A DNA stretch of 32,000 bases, taken from the NCBI RefSeq assembly GCF_008000775.2, contig NZ_CP042905.2:1110001-1142000 (forward strand), read 5' to 3'. Shown here piece after piece: positions 1 to 8,159 of this stretch; position 1 is the stretch's first letter, and every line of letters begins with the position of its first letter. A program made the position numbers and the translations under genes. The DNA comes from Promethearchaeum syntrophicum (GTDB lineage: Archaea > Asgardarchaeota > Lokiarchaeia > Sigyniarchaeales > Promethearchaeaceae). The notes under the pieces were generated by a model. It had not been told where the DNA came from, did no database searches, and was given only the letters and a program-made list of their open reading frames with translations.

Positions 1-123
1 TATAATATGCATAAAAAAGTTTTACCAATTACATGTGTTGGATTTGTAATAATTGAAGGATTTATGAAAAGTAATATAATTAAGTATCGTAAATCAACCA
101 GGAGGAATTTAAAACGAGCTTAA
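1..123 (+). CDS. C-terminal tail of a truncated upstream ORF (...MKSNIIKYRKSTRRNLKRA*), identity unknown
   Basis: Frame 1 is open from position 1 to a TAA at 121-123; very short and partial. Confidence 0.25.
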   Translation, partial: YNMHKKVLPITCVGFVIIEGFMKSNIIKYRKSTRRNLKRA

Positions 124-146
124 TTAGTTATACAGCAAGAAGAATT

Positions 147-1130
147 TTGGCAATGATTCCCATATTAATTGGAGTGTTACTGATCACTTTTATTTTATCA
201 TTAGAATTACCTGGGAGTCCTTTTAATCCAGAAGGAACAAAGATAAATCCTGAATCAACTAAAGTTGCTGAAGAATTGCTTGGTTTAGATAAACCCATAT
301 ACACTCAACTTTGGTTATATATAAAGAGAATATTGCAAGGAGAATGGGGAAATTCAATATCTTTGGCAGATGGAATTCCAGTATGGACTTATATCTGGCA
401 AAAAGCCCCTTTAACAATCGAACTCGCAGTACTATCACAAATTTTTGCAATAAGTATTGGAATTAGGGCGGGAGTGTTCTCTTCAGTCAATAAAAACAAC
501 CCAAAAGATACTATTGTACGTTTTATTGCTCTTCTCGGGGTATCAATTCCAATATTCTGGTTGGGGATGGTATTGAAATATCTTTTTGCATTAGAACTTA
601 ATCTTTTTCCAACTATCCACGGAATTTCCCCATATTATAACATAGCGCTCAATAAAGTAACTGGGTTCAACACGATAGATTCGATACTAATGGGGAGATT
701 TGATATATTATTGGATATAATCTGGCATATGATTTTACCGGTATTTTGTTTAGCTTTTGTCGGTTTAGCTTCAATTACTCGTCAAACTCGATCAAGTATG
801 CTTGAAGTTTTAGAATTAGATTATATTCGATCAGCAAGAGCAAAGGGATGTAAAGAAAAGGATGTAATTAATAAACACGCTTTGAAAAATGCCATGATTC
901 CCACAATTACAATAATTGGGATTAGAATAGGGGGATTATTAGGTGGTGCAGTGCTTACAGAAACCACATTTGCCCTTGATGGTTTTGGGAGTCTAATGAT
1001 TGGTGCCATACAAAATCGGGATTATTTTGTAATTAATGCTCTCGTACTATTAACCACTGGAATCTTCATGACCGCTAATTTAGTTAGTGATATTCTCTAT
1101 GGGATAATGGATCCACGAATTAGATACTAA
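147..1130 (+). CDS. ABC transporter permease, DppB/OppB family (peptide/nickel type)
   Basis: Multiple hydrophobic segments, the EAA-like stretch 'VLELDYIRSARAKGCKEKDVINKHALKNAMIPTITIIG', and the typical C-terminus 'LVSDILYGIMDPRIRY'. The track start is TTG; the true N-terminus probably lies upstream. Confidence 0.93.
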   Translation: MAMIPILIGVLLITFILSLELPGSPFNPEGTKINPESTKVAEELLGLDKPIYTQLWLYIKRILQGEWGNSISLADGIPVWTYIWQKAPLTIELAVLSQIFAISIGIRAGVFSSVNKNNPKDTIVRFIALLGVSIPIFWLGMVLKYLFALELNLFPTIHGISPYYNIALNKVTGFNTIDSILMGRFDILLDIIWHMILPVFCLAFVGLASITRQTRSSMLEVLELDYIRSARAKGCKEKDVINKHALKNAMIPTITIIGIRIGGLLGGAVLTETTFALDGFGSLMIGAIQNRDYFVINALVLLTTGIFMTANLVSDILYGIMDPRIRY

Positions 1131-1461
1131 GTAGATTTCATAAACTAACCATTATTTATTTTTGGATAAAAAATCCGGATTTTAGTGGATTTTGATAAAT
1201 TTCCTTCAATATTACCAAAGTTCGAAATTTTAACTATCATTTAATCATATAGTAATTTCCATTTTAACCAAATTACTTAAATAGTGGTTATTATACATTT
1301 TAGATAACTTCGGAAGATTAAGTTAAGATTTTTTTTATAATTTGATAGTGTCTTTCTTGACAGAATTATTTAATAATTAAGAAGGAAAAAATCGTTAAAA
1401 CATTAAATATTGATGGATCTATAACCAGATTTTATAACCTGAATTAGGAGCAAAAAATAAT

Positions 1462-2484
1462 ATGAGTGAAATCACATACGCAGAAATAGAGAAGGCTGAA
1501 TCTATTGATTTAGAAAAAGAATTAACGTTTAAAAATCAATTTAGTGAGTTAATTTCTCCACATTATTTAAAATATCAGTTTAAAAGAAATGAAATTGATG
1601 AAACGTTGAAGTTACGAAAGTTTGTTTTGAACAAATATAAGAGTAAACGAAGTTTATTACGAAGAATTAAATCTCCTTTAACTTATGTGGGAATAATAAT
1701 ACTAGTAGCAATTGTTACTTTTGCAGTTTTTGCCGCTTGGCTCTCGCCATATACAGTACAAGAACTTCAGGGCATTGATATGAGTCGATCAGAATATCAA
1801 CCCCCAGATGCGCAACACATTTTAGGTACGACAGAATTCGGTCAGGATGTATTTGGAAGATTAATGTGGGGAGGTAGGGTATCTTTAACTCTTGGATTAG
1901 GAGCAATTGGAATCAGCGTAGTAGCTGGAGTTATTATTGGAGTTTTTTCGGCTTATACCGGAGGAATTATTGATTCCATAATAATGCGCATCGCGGATAT
2001 CATCATGGCATTTCCAACCCTAATTTTATTAATTTTGCTAATAGCATCATTGGGCCAACAAGATATTAGCATGATCATGTGGATCTTAGGGATTTTAAGC
2101 ATTCCCTTTTATTCTAGATTAGTTCGCAGTTCGGTTTTACAGGAAAAGGATAAAATATATGTTGAAGCTGCATTAGTGTCGGGTGCTAAACCAGGTCGAG
2201 TTATGTTTCGTCATATTCTTCCCAATACTATGACACCAATAATTATATCGCTGACATTTAATTTAGGAACTATTATTCTGAGTTTTGCTGCTCTATCTTT
2301 TCTTGGCTTTGGGCCCTCTGGAGTAATTGAATGGGGAAATGATATCAATACAAACAGAATAAAATTAATGGATGCACCATGGGCGGCAATCTGGCCAGGA
2401 TTTATGGTTATGTTAGCCGTATTAGGATTCATGTTATTAGGGGATGGTATAGTAGATGCCCTTGATCCCCGATCAAAGGCATAA
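1462..2484 (+). CDS. ABC transporter permease, DppC/OppC family
   Basis: 'HILGTTEFGQDVFGRLMWGGRVSL', 'EKDKIYVEAALVSGAKPGRVMFRHILPNTMTPIII', C-terminal 'LLGDGIVDALDPRSK'; downstream of the DppB-like gene. Confidence 0.95.
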   Translation: MSEITYAEIEKAESIDLEKELTFKNQFSELISPHYLKYQFKRNEIDETLKLRKFVLNKYKSKRSLLRRIKSPLTYVGIIILVAIVTFAVFAAWLSPYTVQELQGIDMSRSEYQPPDAQHILGTTEFGQDVFGRLMWGGRVSLTLGLGAIGISVVAGVIIGVFSAYTGGIIDSIIMRIADIIMAFPTLILLILLIASLGQQDISMIMWILGILSIPFYSRLVRSSVLQEKDKIYVEAALVSGAKPGRVMFRHILPNTMTPIIISLTFNLGTIILSFAALSFLGFGPSGVIEWGNDINTNRIKLMDAPWAAIWPGFMVMLAVLGFMLLGDGIVDALDPRSKA

Positions 2485-3163
2485 TTTACGCCTTTGGGAG
2501 TCAAAAATAAAATTCAAGATAAAATTAGTTCAAAATACACGATTTTACTCCTAATGAGCAGATAACTGACTAAGAATAAGTAGGGCTTTCTTTCATTTTC
2601 ATTTTTTGAATAAAAATTGATAGCTGACAAATGATTTAAAGAAAGATTTTTTTTCGTAGGGACCTTCACTTTGTGGGAAGTATGAGTGTATTTTTAAAAG
2701 GCATATTATCTGGATAACCTGATTTCATTGGTGTAGAAATATGTAGATTTTTGGTTTTAAAGTGGTGCTATATTTTGGAAAACCGACAGTTTTTTAGTGA
2801 AAGTGATTTAAGGCTAAGTATCCCATTTTTTAACTAAGTTATAATAGTATTTATTAAGGTTTTCTTAGTATTGTTAGTTATCATGAAAATATAATGAAAA
2901 AATAATTAAAATGGCTTCATTCTTGACAATTTAACAAAATATCCAAAAATCCAACTGTCATATTTTCATAAATTTCCAACCTCTTTTTTTTCGATTTTTT
3001 TTTCTAAACAACGTTGATGAAATAGAAAACTTTTAGAATATTGTTGGATTTTGTTAATCGCGTTTAAAATGTTTTTTTTCCTTTAATTCATCATTTTAAG
3101 CGAATGACTGAAAAGAATTAGCTGGATTTGTAGAAATTTGGTTAACTTGGGTGCCAAAAAATA

Positions 3164-4612
3164 ATGGTAGATATTGATAAGAACGACGAATTAAACGAAA
3201 TAGTCGAGAATGATAAAGAGACTTCTAAAGATGAAATTAAATCTGAGGAAGTAAGTGAAACTGAAAAAACTCCTTCAAAGAAGAAGACAACGAAGAAGAA
3301 ATCTTCAAAGAAGACAACAAAAAAGACCGCTAAGAAGACTACTAAGAAGACTTCTAAGAAGAAATCTTCAAAGAAGACAACAAAAAAGACCACTAAGAAG
3401 AAGTCTGCGAAAAAGGAGCAAGAAACCCCTGAAAGTCTTGAAAAGAAAGAAATTTTAGAAGAGACTAAAATTGAGATCAATAAGGATGAAATTGAAAAAG
3501 AACAAGAGAAAATAGATTCTGAGGTAGAGAAATTATTAGAAAATGGTTCTGAATCCGAAGAGATTTCAGCTGATGAGTTATCTAAAGAAGTTAAAGAAAA
3601 GAAAAAAGAAGAAAAGAAGGAAACTGGAAAAAAATCATCAGAAGAGTCCCCTAAAGATAATGAAAAAAAACAAGATAAAAAGAAGAAGACAAGAAAATCT
3701 AAAACATTCAAGATAGATGTTAATAAATCTCCAAAATTGAAGAGAATTGTTCAAGATATTGAAAGAATTGAAGATGTAATTGATTTAAAAAGACTTCGGG
3801 ATGAATACAATCACGGCACTCGAGATTTAATTAATAAAATCAAGAAAACCCAAACCGAAATTTCCAATATACGATCTCAAGCAATGGAATACAGAAATAA
3901 AAGAGATAGTTTGAACAAAGATGTTCAAGGAATTAAAAAGAATAAACTTACTACTTCAAATAAGTTGAATGACTCACGAACTCAATTAAAAGAAGCTAAA
4001 GTCCAATCCCGAAAAAGTGATGATGGAAATAAACGAAAAGGAATTTCCACTCAAATTAGTAAAAATCGACGGAGAATTGATCAATTAGAAAAAAGAATTG
4101 AAACTGAAGACTTGGAATTGAAGGAAGAAAACCAAATTGTTGATGAAATTGACAAGTTAGAAAGAAATCTTCAAGAACTATTAGCTCAAAATAAAAAACC
4201 GGATCAATTCAATAAACAAATAACGGAAATACGAGCTTCGAGAGAGGAACTTAGAAATTTAAATAACACATTACGCGAGAAAGCCGAAGAGAGCCAAAAT
4301 TATCATTTACTTTACCTGGATATCAGTAAAGAAATGGAAGATTTAAGAACAGAAAAAAGATCTTTGCAACGTGAATTAAATGAAAATCGCTTCATTGCGG
4401 ATATTTACCATCAAAGATTAATTGAAATGAGCCAAAAGATGAATCGGCAAAAAAGAATAACTCGTAAATCCCAATATCAAAATAAAAAGAAAGTTAAGAA
4501 AGAAATCCAGAAAATGACTTTGGAAGACGCTAAGGTTAAAATGAAGAAAGGTGTAAAACTGAATATCTTCGAAGCCCGGGCATTTTTAGAAGAACAAGCT
4601 AATAAGAAATAA
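3164..4612 (+). CDS. Archaeal coiled-coil protein with a Lys/Thr/Ser-rich low-complexity N-terminal tail
   Basis: N-terminal (K/T/S)n tract KKTTKKKSSKKTTKKT..., then a long charged heptad-like region (KRIVQDIERIEDVIDLKRLRDEYNHGTRDLINKIKKTQTEISNIRSQ...), reminiscent of COG1340-type proteins. Confidence 0.8.
   Translation: MVDIDKNDELNEIVENDKETSKDEIKSEEVSETEKTPSKKKTTKKKSSKKTTKKTAKKTTKKTSKKKSSKKTTKKTTKKKSAKKEQETPESLEKKEILEETKIEINKDEIEKEQEKIDSEVEKLLENGSESEEISADELSKEVKEKKKEEKKETGKKSSEESPKDNEKKQDKKKKTRKSKTFKIDVNKSPKLKRIVQDIERIEDVIDLKRLRDEYNHGTRDLINKIKKTQTEISNIRSQAMEYRNKRDSLNKDVQGIKKNKLTTSNKLNDSRTQLKEAKVQSRKSDDGNKRKGISTQISKNRRRIDQLEKRIETEDLELKEENQIVDEIDKLERNLQELLAQNKKPDQFNKQITEIRASREELRNLNNTLREKAEESQNYHLLYLDISKEMEDLRTEKRSLQRELNENRFIADIYHQRLIEMSQKMNRQKRITRKSQYQNKKKVKKEIQKMTLEDAKVKMKKGVKLNIFEARAFLEEQANKK
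3293..3401 (+). repeat. Internal imperfect direct repeat encoding KKKSSKKTTKKT..., 63 bp offset
   Basis: KKKSSKKTTKKTxKK occurs at residues ~44 and ~65 with nearly identical DNA (aagaaatcttcaaagaagacaacaaaaaagacc). Confidence 0.8.
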
Positions 4613-4821
4613 CATTTTTTTTTATTCCTATCTCTTTTTTCCACATACTTATGTAAGATGAGAACTATAAGATTGATCAAACGGATTTCTATAATTTATC
4701 AACTTTGAAATTCGTTTGATTAATTTTTGTGTTAATTTCATAGTAAATTTTGTTATTCATAGATTAAAAGTTGCAAATTTGTAAAATAAAGAAATAAAAG
4801 ATACTTAGCATATTGAATTAT

Positions 4822-5385
4822 ATGTCTGATATTCAGCCTCCCCAAGCTTTTCTTCAAGGAAATGACATTGATTTAAAACCGATGACAAAAGAAATATTTA
4901 AGAAGCTTCATCCTTGGATGAATGATCATCGTTCTCGTCGTCTTGCCCGTCATGTTCTTCCTGTCTTGGAAGAAACAACGGCCTCTTGGATTCAAGAAGG
5001 AAAACTTACACCATCTGGTGTTGTTATGGGAATCTGGACTAAATCACAACATGATTCAGCTTCGAAAAATATTGGTTTTGTATCCATATTCAATATTGAT
5101 TGGATCAATCGTCATGGAGAATTGGGAATTAATATCCCGAATCCTTTATATTGGGGACAGGGGTATGGTCAAGAAGCTGTGAAACTTATGTGTCAATTTT
5201 CTTTTACAGAACTTAATTTAGAAAAAGTCACCGCCTATACTTTAGAGATCAATATTGGTTCTCAGAAATGTATGGAAAGAAATAAATTTCAAAAAGATGG
5301 AACATTAAGGAATCACCAGTTTGTTGATGGTAAATATGAGAATATGACGGTATTTTCTATATTACGAGATCAGTACACGGCCTAA
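4822..5385 (+). CDS. GNAT family N-acetyltransferase (RimJ/RimL-like)
   Basis: 'GELGINIPNPLYWGQGYGQEAVKLMCQFSFTELNLEKVTAYTLEINIGSQKCMERNKFQKDGTLRNHQFVDGKYENMTVFSILRDQ'. The track start (4813) is TTG; ATG at 4822 (MSDIQPP) is likelier. Confidence 0.9.
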   Translation: MSDIQPPQAFLQGNDIDLKPMTKEIFKKLHPWMNDHRSRRLARHVLPVLEETTASWIQEGKLTPSGVVMGIWTKSQHDSASKNIGFVSIFNIDWINRHGELGINIPNPLYWGQGYGQEAVKLMCQFSFTELNLEKVTAYTLEINIGSQKCMERNKFQKDGTLRNHQFVDGKYENMTVFSILRDQYTA

Positions 5386-6356
5386 TGCCTACCTCGCTGG
5401 AAGAATTAAGATGGCTCAAAAAAAAATTTAGGGAATTTAATATGAAAAAACGGACTTCTTATCTTCTTTCCATTATTACTATGATTTTCTGGGGAACTGC
5501 ATTTCCGTTTTCTAAATATATCATTGATAAATCAATAAATCCTGTTGTTTTTCTCGCATTAAGAATGTCCTTTGCTCTATTATTTTGTATTGGATATATA
5601 CTATTTACTAAACAAGCCAGAAAATGGTTCTTGATGTTCAAACGCAATTTCTGGCATCTACTAATAATAGGAATAATGTTATATGCATCTTCCTATATTA
5701 TTCAATATTTTGGGGTGAGTTATACCACTGCAATTAATCAAACCATTATCAGTAACACCACAACTTTTTTTGTTGTTGTGCTCAATTTCGTCCTTTATCG
5801 GCACAAACCTACAAAAATCTTTGTATTCAGCATGATAATCGGATTCTTAGGAGTTCTTCTTATCATGTTAAACGATAACTTACAGATTTCTTCAGAAACA
5901 ATAGTTGGAGATTTATTAACACTTCTTGCATTTTTCTTCTGGTCCTTGTATATCGTTTTCAATCGTAAAATTAGCATTAAAGAAAGCCCTCAATTTGTTA
6001 CTTTATCAGTTTTTATTTGGGTATGCTTCTTATTAGTGCCTCTATCATTTGGATTTGGGATGGTTGAGGAAATAAAGCTTCTGAACTTTTTAGACTGGAG
6101 TGTTATCGCATATTTGGGATTAATCTGTAGCGGAGCAGCTACTTTATTTTATACAATCGCTCTCTCTAATGAAGATATTCCATCTGAAAATCTAGCTCTA
6201 ATTGGTTTTTTAATTCCAGTAGTCGGTATTTTCACGAGTATTCTTCTTTTAGAAGGAGAAAACCTCAATTGGCGTATCGTCGTAGGCTGTATTCTCGTAT
6301 TAATTTCGGTTTTTATAATTGAATCTAAAAATAGTAGAAATTCTGATAAAAATTAG
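5385..6356 (+). CDS. EamA/DMT-superfamily (RhaT-like) membrane transporter
   Basis: Two repeats of about 5 TM segments; 'IFWGTAFPFSKYIIDKSINPVVFLALRMSFALL' and 'LALIGFLIPVVGIFTSILLLEGENLNWRIVVGCILVLISVF'. The true start may be MKKRTSYLLS, about 57 nt downstream. Confidence 0.9.
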   Translation: MPTSLEELRWLKKKFREFNMKKRTSYLLSIITMIFWGTAFPFSKYIIDKSINPVVFLALRMSFALLFCIGYILFTKQARKWFLMFKRNFWHLLIIGIMLYASSYIIQYFGVSYTTAINQTIISNTTTFFVVVLNFVLYRHKPTKIFVFSMIIGFLGVLLIMLNDNLQISSETIVGDLLTLLAFFFWSLYIVFNRKISIKESPQFVTLSVFIWVCFLLVPLSFGFGMVEEIKLLNFLDWSVIAYLGLICSGAATLFYTIALSNEDIPSENLALIGFLIPVVGIFTSILLLEGENLNWRIVVGCILVLISVFIIESKNSRNSDKN

Positions 6357-6500
6357 AGAATTCCATAAATGAGGGAATTCTCAAATAACACAATACTGAT
6401 TTGAATTCATAATTTTTTAACAATTTTTCAAAAAGCTATTAAGAAACTTAAATTCGCATTGTTTAATTAAGAGAAAAACTTAGATTTTTCTTGATGTCTA

Positions 6501-7811
6501 ATGAATTTAATGAATGAAATAAGTATCTCTGATCCCAAAGTAGCTGACGCAATAAATCGTGAAATAAAGCGTCAAGAGGAAGGGATAGAATTGATACCAT
6601 CTGAAAATTATACTTCTCGTGCTGTTCTTCAAGCTGTTGGTAGTGTATTTACAAATAAATATTCCGAAGGATATCCAGCAAAAAGATATTATGGAGGAAA
6701 TGAGATTGTGGATGAAATCGAATCTCTTGCTATAGAAAGAGCAAAAGAACTTTTTGGATGTGAACACGTGAATGTTCAACCATATTCTGGTTCACCTGCC
6801 AATCAAGCAGTGTATTTTGCCCTACTAAATCTGAAGGATAAATTTCTTGGATTTAATTTGACAAGTGGTGGACATTTAACTCATGGAAGTCATGTCAATT
6901 TCTCAGGAAAAAACTATACTTGTGTTAGTTATGATGTCGATCCGAAAACGGAAATGCTCGATATGGATGCCGTCAGAAAACTTGCAATTAAAGAACAGCC
7001 AAAAATGATTCTCAGTGGTTTGACCGCATACCCTCGAAAAATAGATTTTAAAGCCTTCCAAGAAATTGCCGAGGAAGTTAACGCTTACCATATGTCTGAT
7101 ATTGCCCATATCGCAGGCTTGGTTGCGGGTGGCGTTCATCAAAGCCCTATTCCTTATGCTGATGTCGTGACTACTACAACTCATAAAAGTCTACGGGGAC
7201 CACGTGGAGCAATGATTATGTGTAAAACCGAAGATAGACTCCATGATTTATATCACTCTAATTCTAAGAAAAATTTGGCACAATTGATCGATTCTGCAGT
7301 ATTTCCGGGTCTTCAAGGAGGACCTCATGATCATGTAAATGCTGCAAAAGCAGTTTGTTTTGGAGAAGCATTAAAACCCGACTTTAAGGTATATGCACAA
7401 CAGATTGTTAATAACGCAAAAGCTTTAGCAGAAGAGTTAATGGCACTAGGAATAAAATTGGTCTCCAACGGAACCGATAATCATTTGATTCTTATTGATA
7501 TGCGCCCTGAAGGATTGACCGGCGAAGGTAAATTAATACAAAATGCCTTAGATCATGCTGGACTCACCGTAAATAAAAATACAGTTCCATATGAACCCTC
7601 AACTCCTTTTAATCCATCTGGAATTCGATTGGGCACACCTGCAATTACATCACGGGGAATGAAAGAGTCTGAAATGAAAGTTATTGCATCAGGTTTGGCA
7701 AGAGTTATTAAATCAAAGGGTGATCTGACTGTGAGTGCAAAGGTAAAAGAAGAAATTTTAGAATTAACAAAAGAATTTCCCGTTTATCCTGGATTAGCGA
7801 TATTTAAATAA
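6501..7811 (+). CDS. glyA: Serine hydroxymethyltransferase
   Basis: 'IELIPSENYTS', 'YSEGYPAKRYYGGNEIVDEIE', 'PYSGSPANQAVYFALL', PLP-Lys motif 'TTTTHKSLRGPRGAMIM'. Confidence 0.98.
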   Translation: MNLMNEISISDPKVADAINREIKRQEEGIELIPSENYTSRAVLQAVGSVFTNKYSEGYPAKRYYGGNEIVDEIESLAIERAKELFGCEHVNVQPYSGSPANQAVYFALLNLKDKFLGFNLTSGGHLTHGSHVNFSGKNYTCVSYDVDPKTEMLDMDAVRKLAIKEQPKMILSGLTAYPRKIDFKAFQEIAEEVNAYHMSDIAHIAGLVAGGVHQSPIPYADVVTTTTHKSLRGPRGAMIMCKTEDRLHDLYHSNSKKNLAQLIDSAVFPGLQGGPHDHVNAAKAVCFGEALKPDFKVYAQQIVNNAKALAEELMALGIKLVSNGTDNHLILIDMRPEGLTGEGKLIQNALDHAGLTVNKNTVPYEPSTPFNPSGIRLGTPAITSRGMKESEMKVIASGLARVIKSKGDLTVSAKVKEEILELTKEFPVYPGLAIFK

Positions 7812-7901
7812 AAAAATAGATCTGTTCATTTCTACACCTTCCCTTTTGCGTTCATAGATGGTGTCGAAATTTCCAAAATATAACCTCTTTTTTTTCAAGT
7901 T

Positions 7902-8011
7902 TTATAAATAAAAATGGCGAAAATAAAAATTTTTTATTGCAAGCATAAGGCTACAACAAAAATCGGTTTTCATCTATAAAATAAAAATGAGATCGATTTT
8001 TTATTGCAAAA
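7902..8011 (+). repeat. Imperfect direct repeat in the glyA 3' intergenic region (ataaaaatg...ttttttattgcaa)
   Basis: 'ttataaataaaaatggcgaaaataaaaattttttattgcaa' (~7901-7942) and 'tataaaataaaaatgagatcgattttttattgcaa' (~7975-8008). Confidence 0.5.
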
Positions 8012-8090
8012 TATTAGTCGATCCCTTTTTAAAGGACATATTCTAAAGGTTGATAGGATTAATGTAAAATTATTCCAATTTTTTATTGAT

Positions 8091-8143
8091 AGCACAATTG
8101 AGGTGCTTCAATTTTGGTGTTCAGCACACGAATGTGCTTTTTT
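8091..8143 (+). promoter_or_regulatory. Candidate alternative-hairpin leader with U-tract upstream of the membrane hydrolase gene
   Basis: AGCAC(8091-8095)...GTGCT(8103-8107)...AGCACA(8123-8128)-CGAA-TGTGCT(8133-8138), followed by a T-run, about 17 nt before the ATG. Confidence 0.45.
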
Positions 8144-8159
8144 AATTAGGTGAGATTTT

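Noticed and set aside
3255-3458. 67-aa Arg/Lys/Leu-rich + strand ORF
   Set aside because: Frame-shifted shadow of the Lys/Thr/Ser repeat in the 3164 gene.
3142-3711. 189-aa minus-strand ORF (Phe/Leu/Ser-rich)
   Set aside because: Antisense of the Lys-rich coding region; the FFFF/SLL composition is the mirror of poly-Lys codons, not a real membrane protein.
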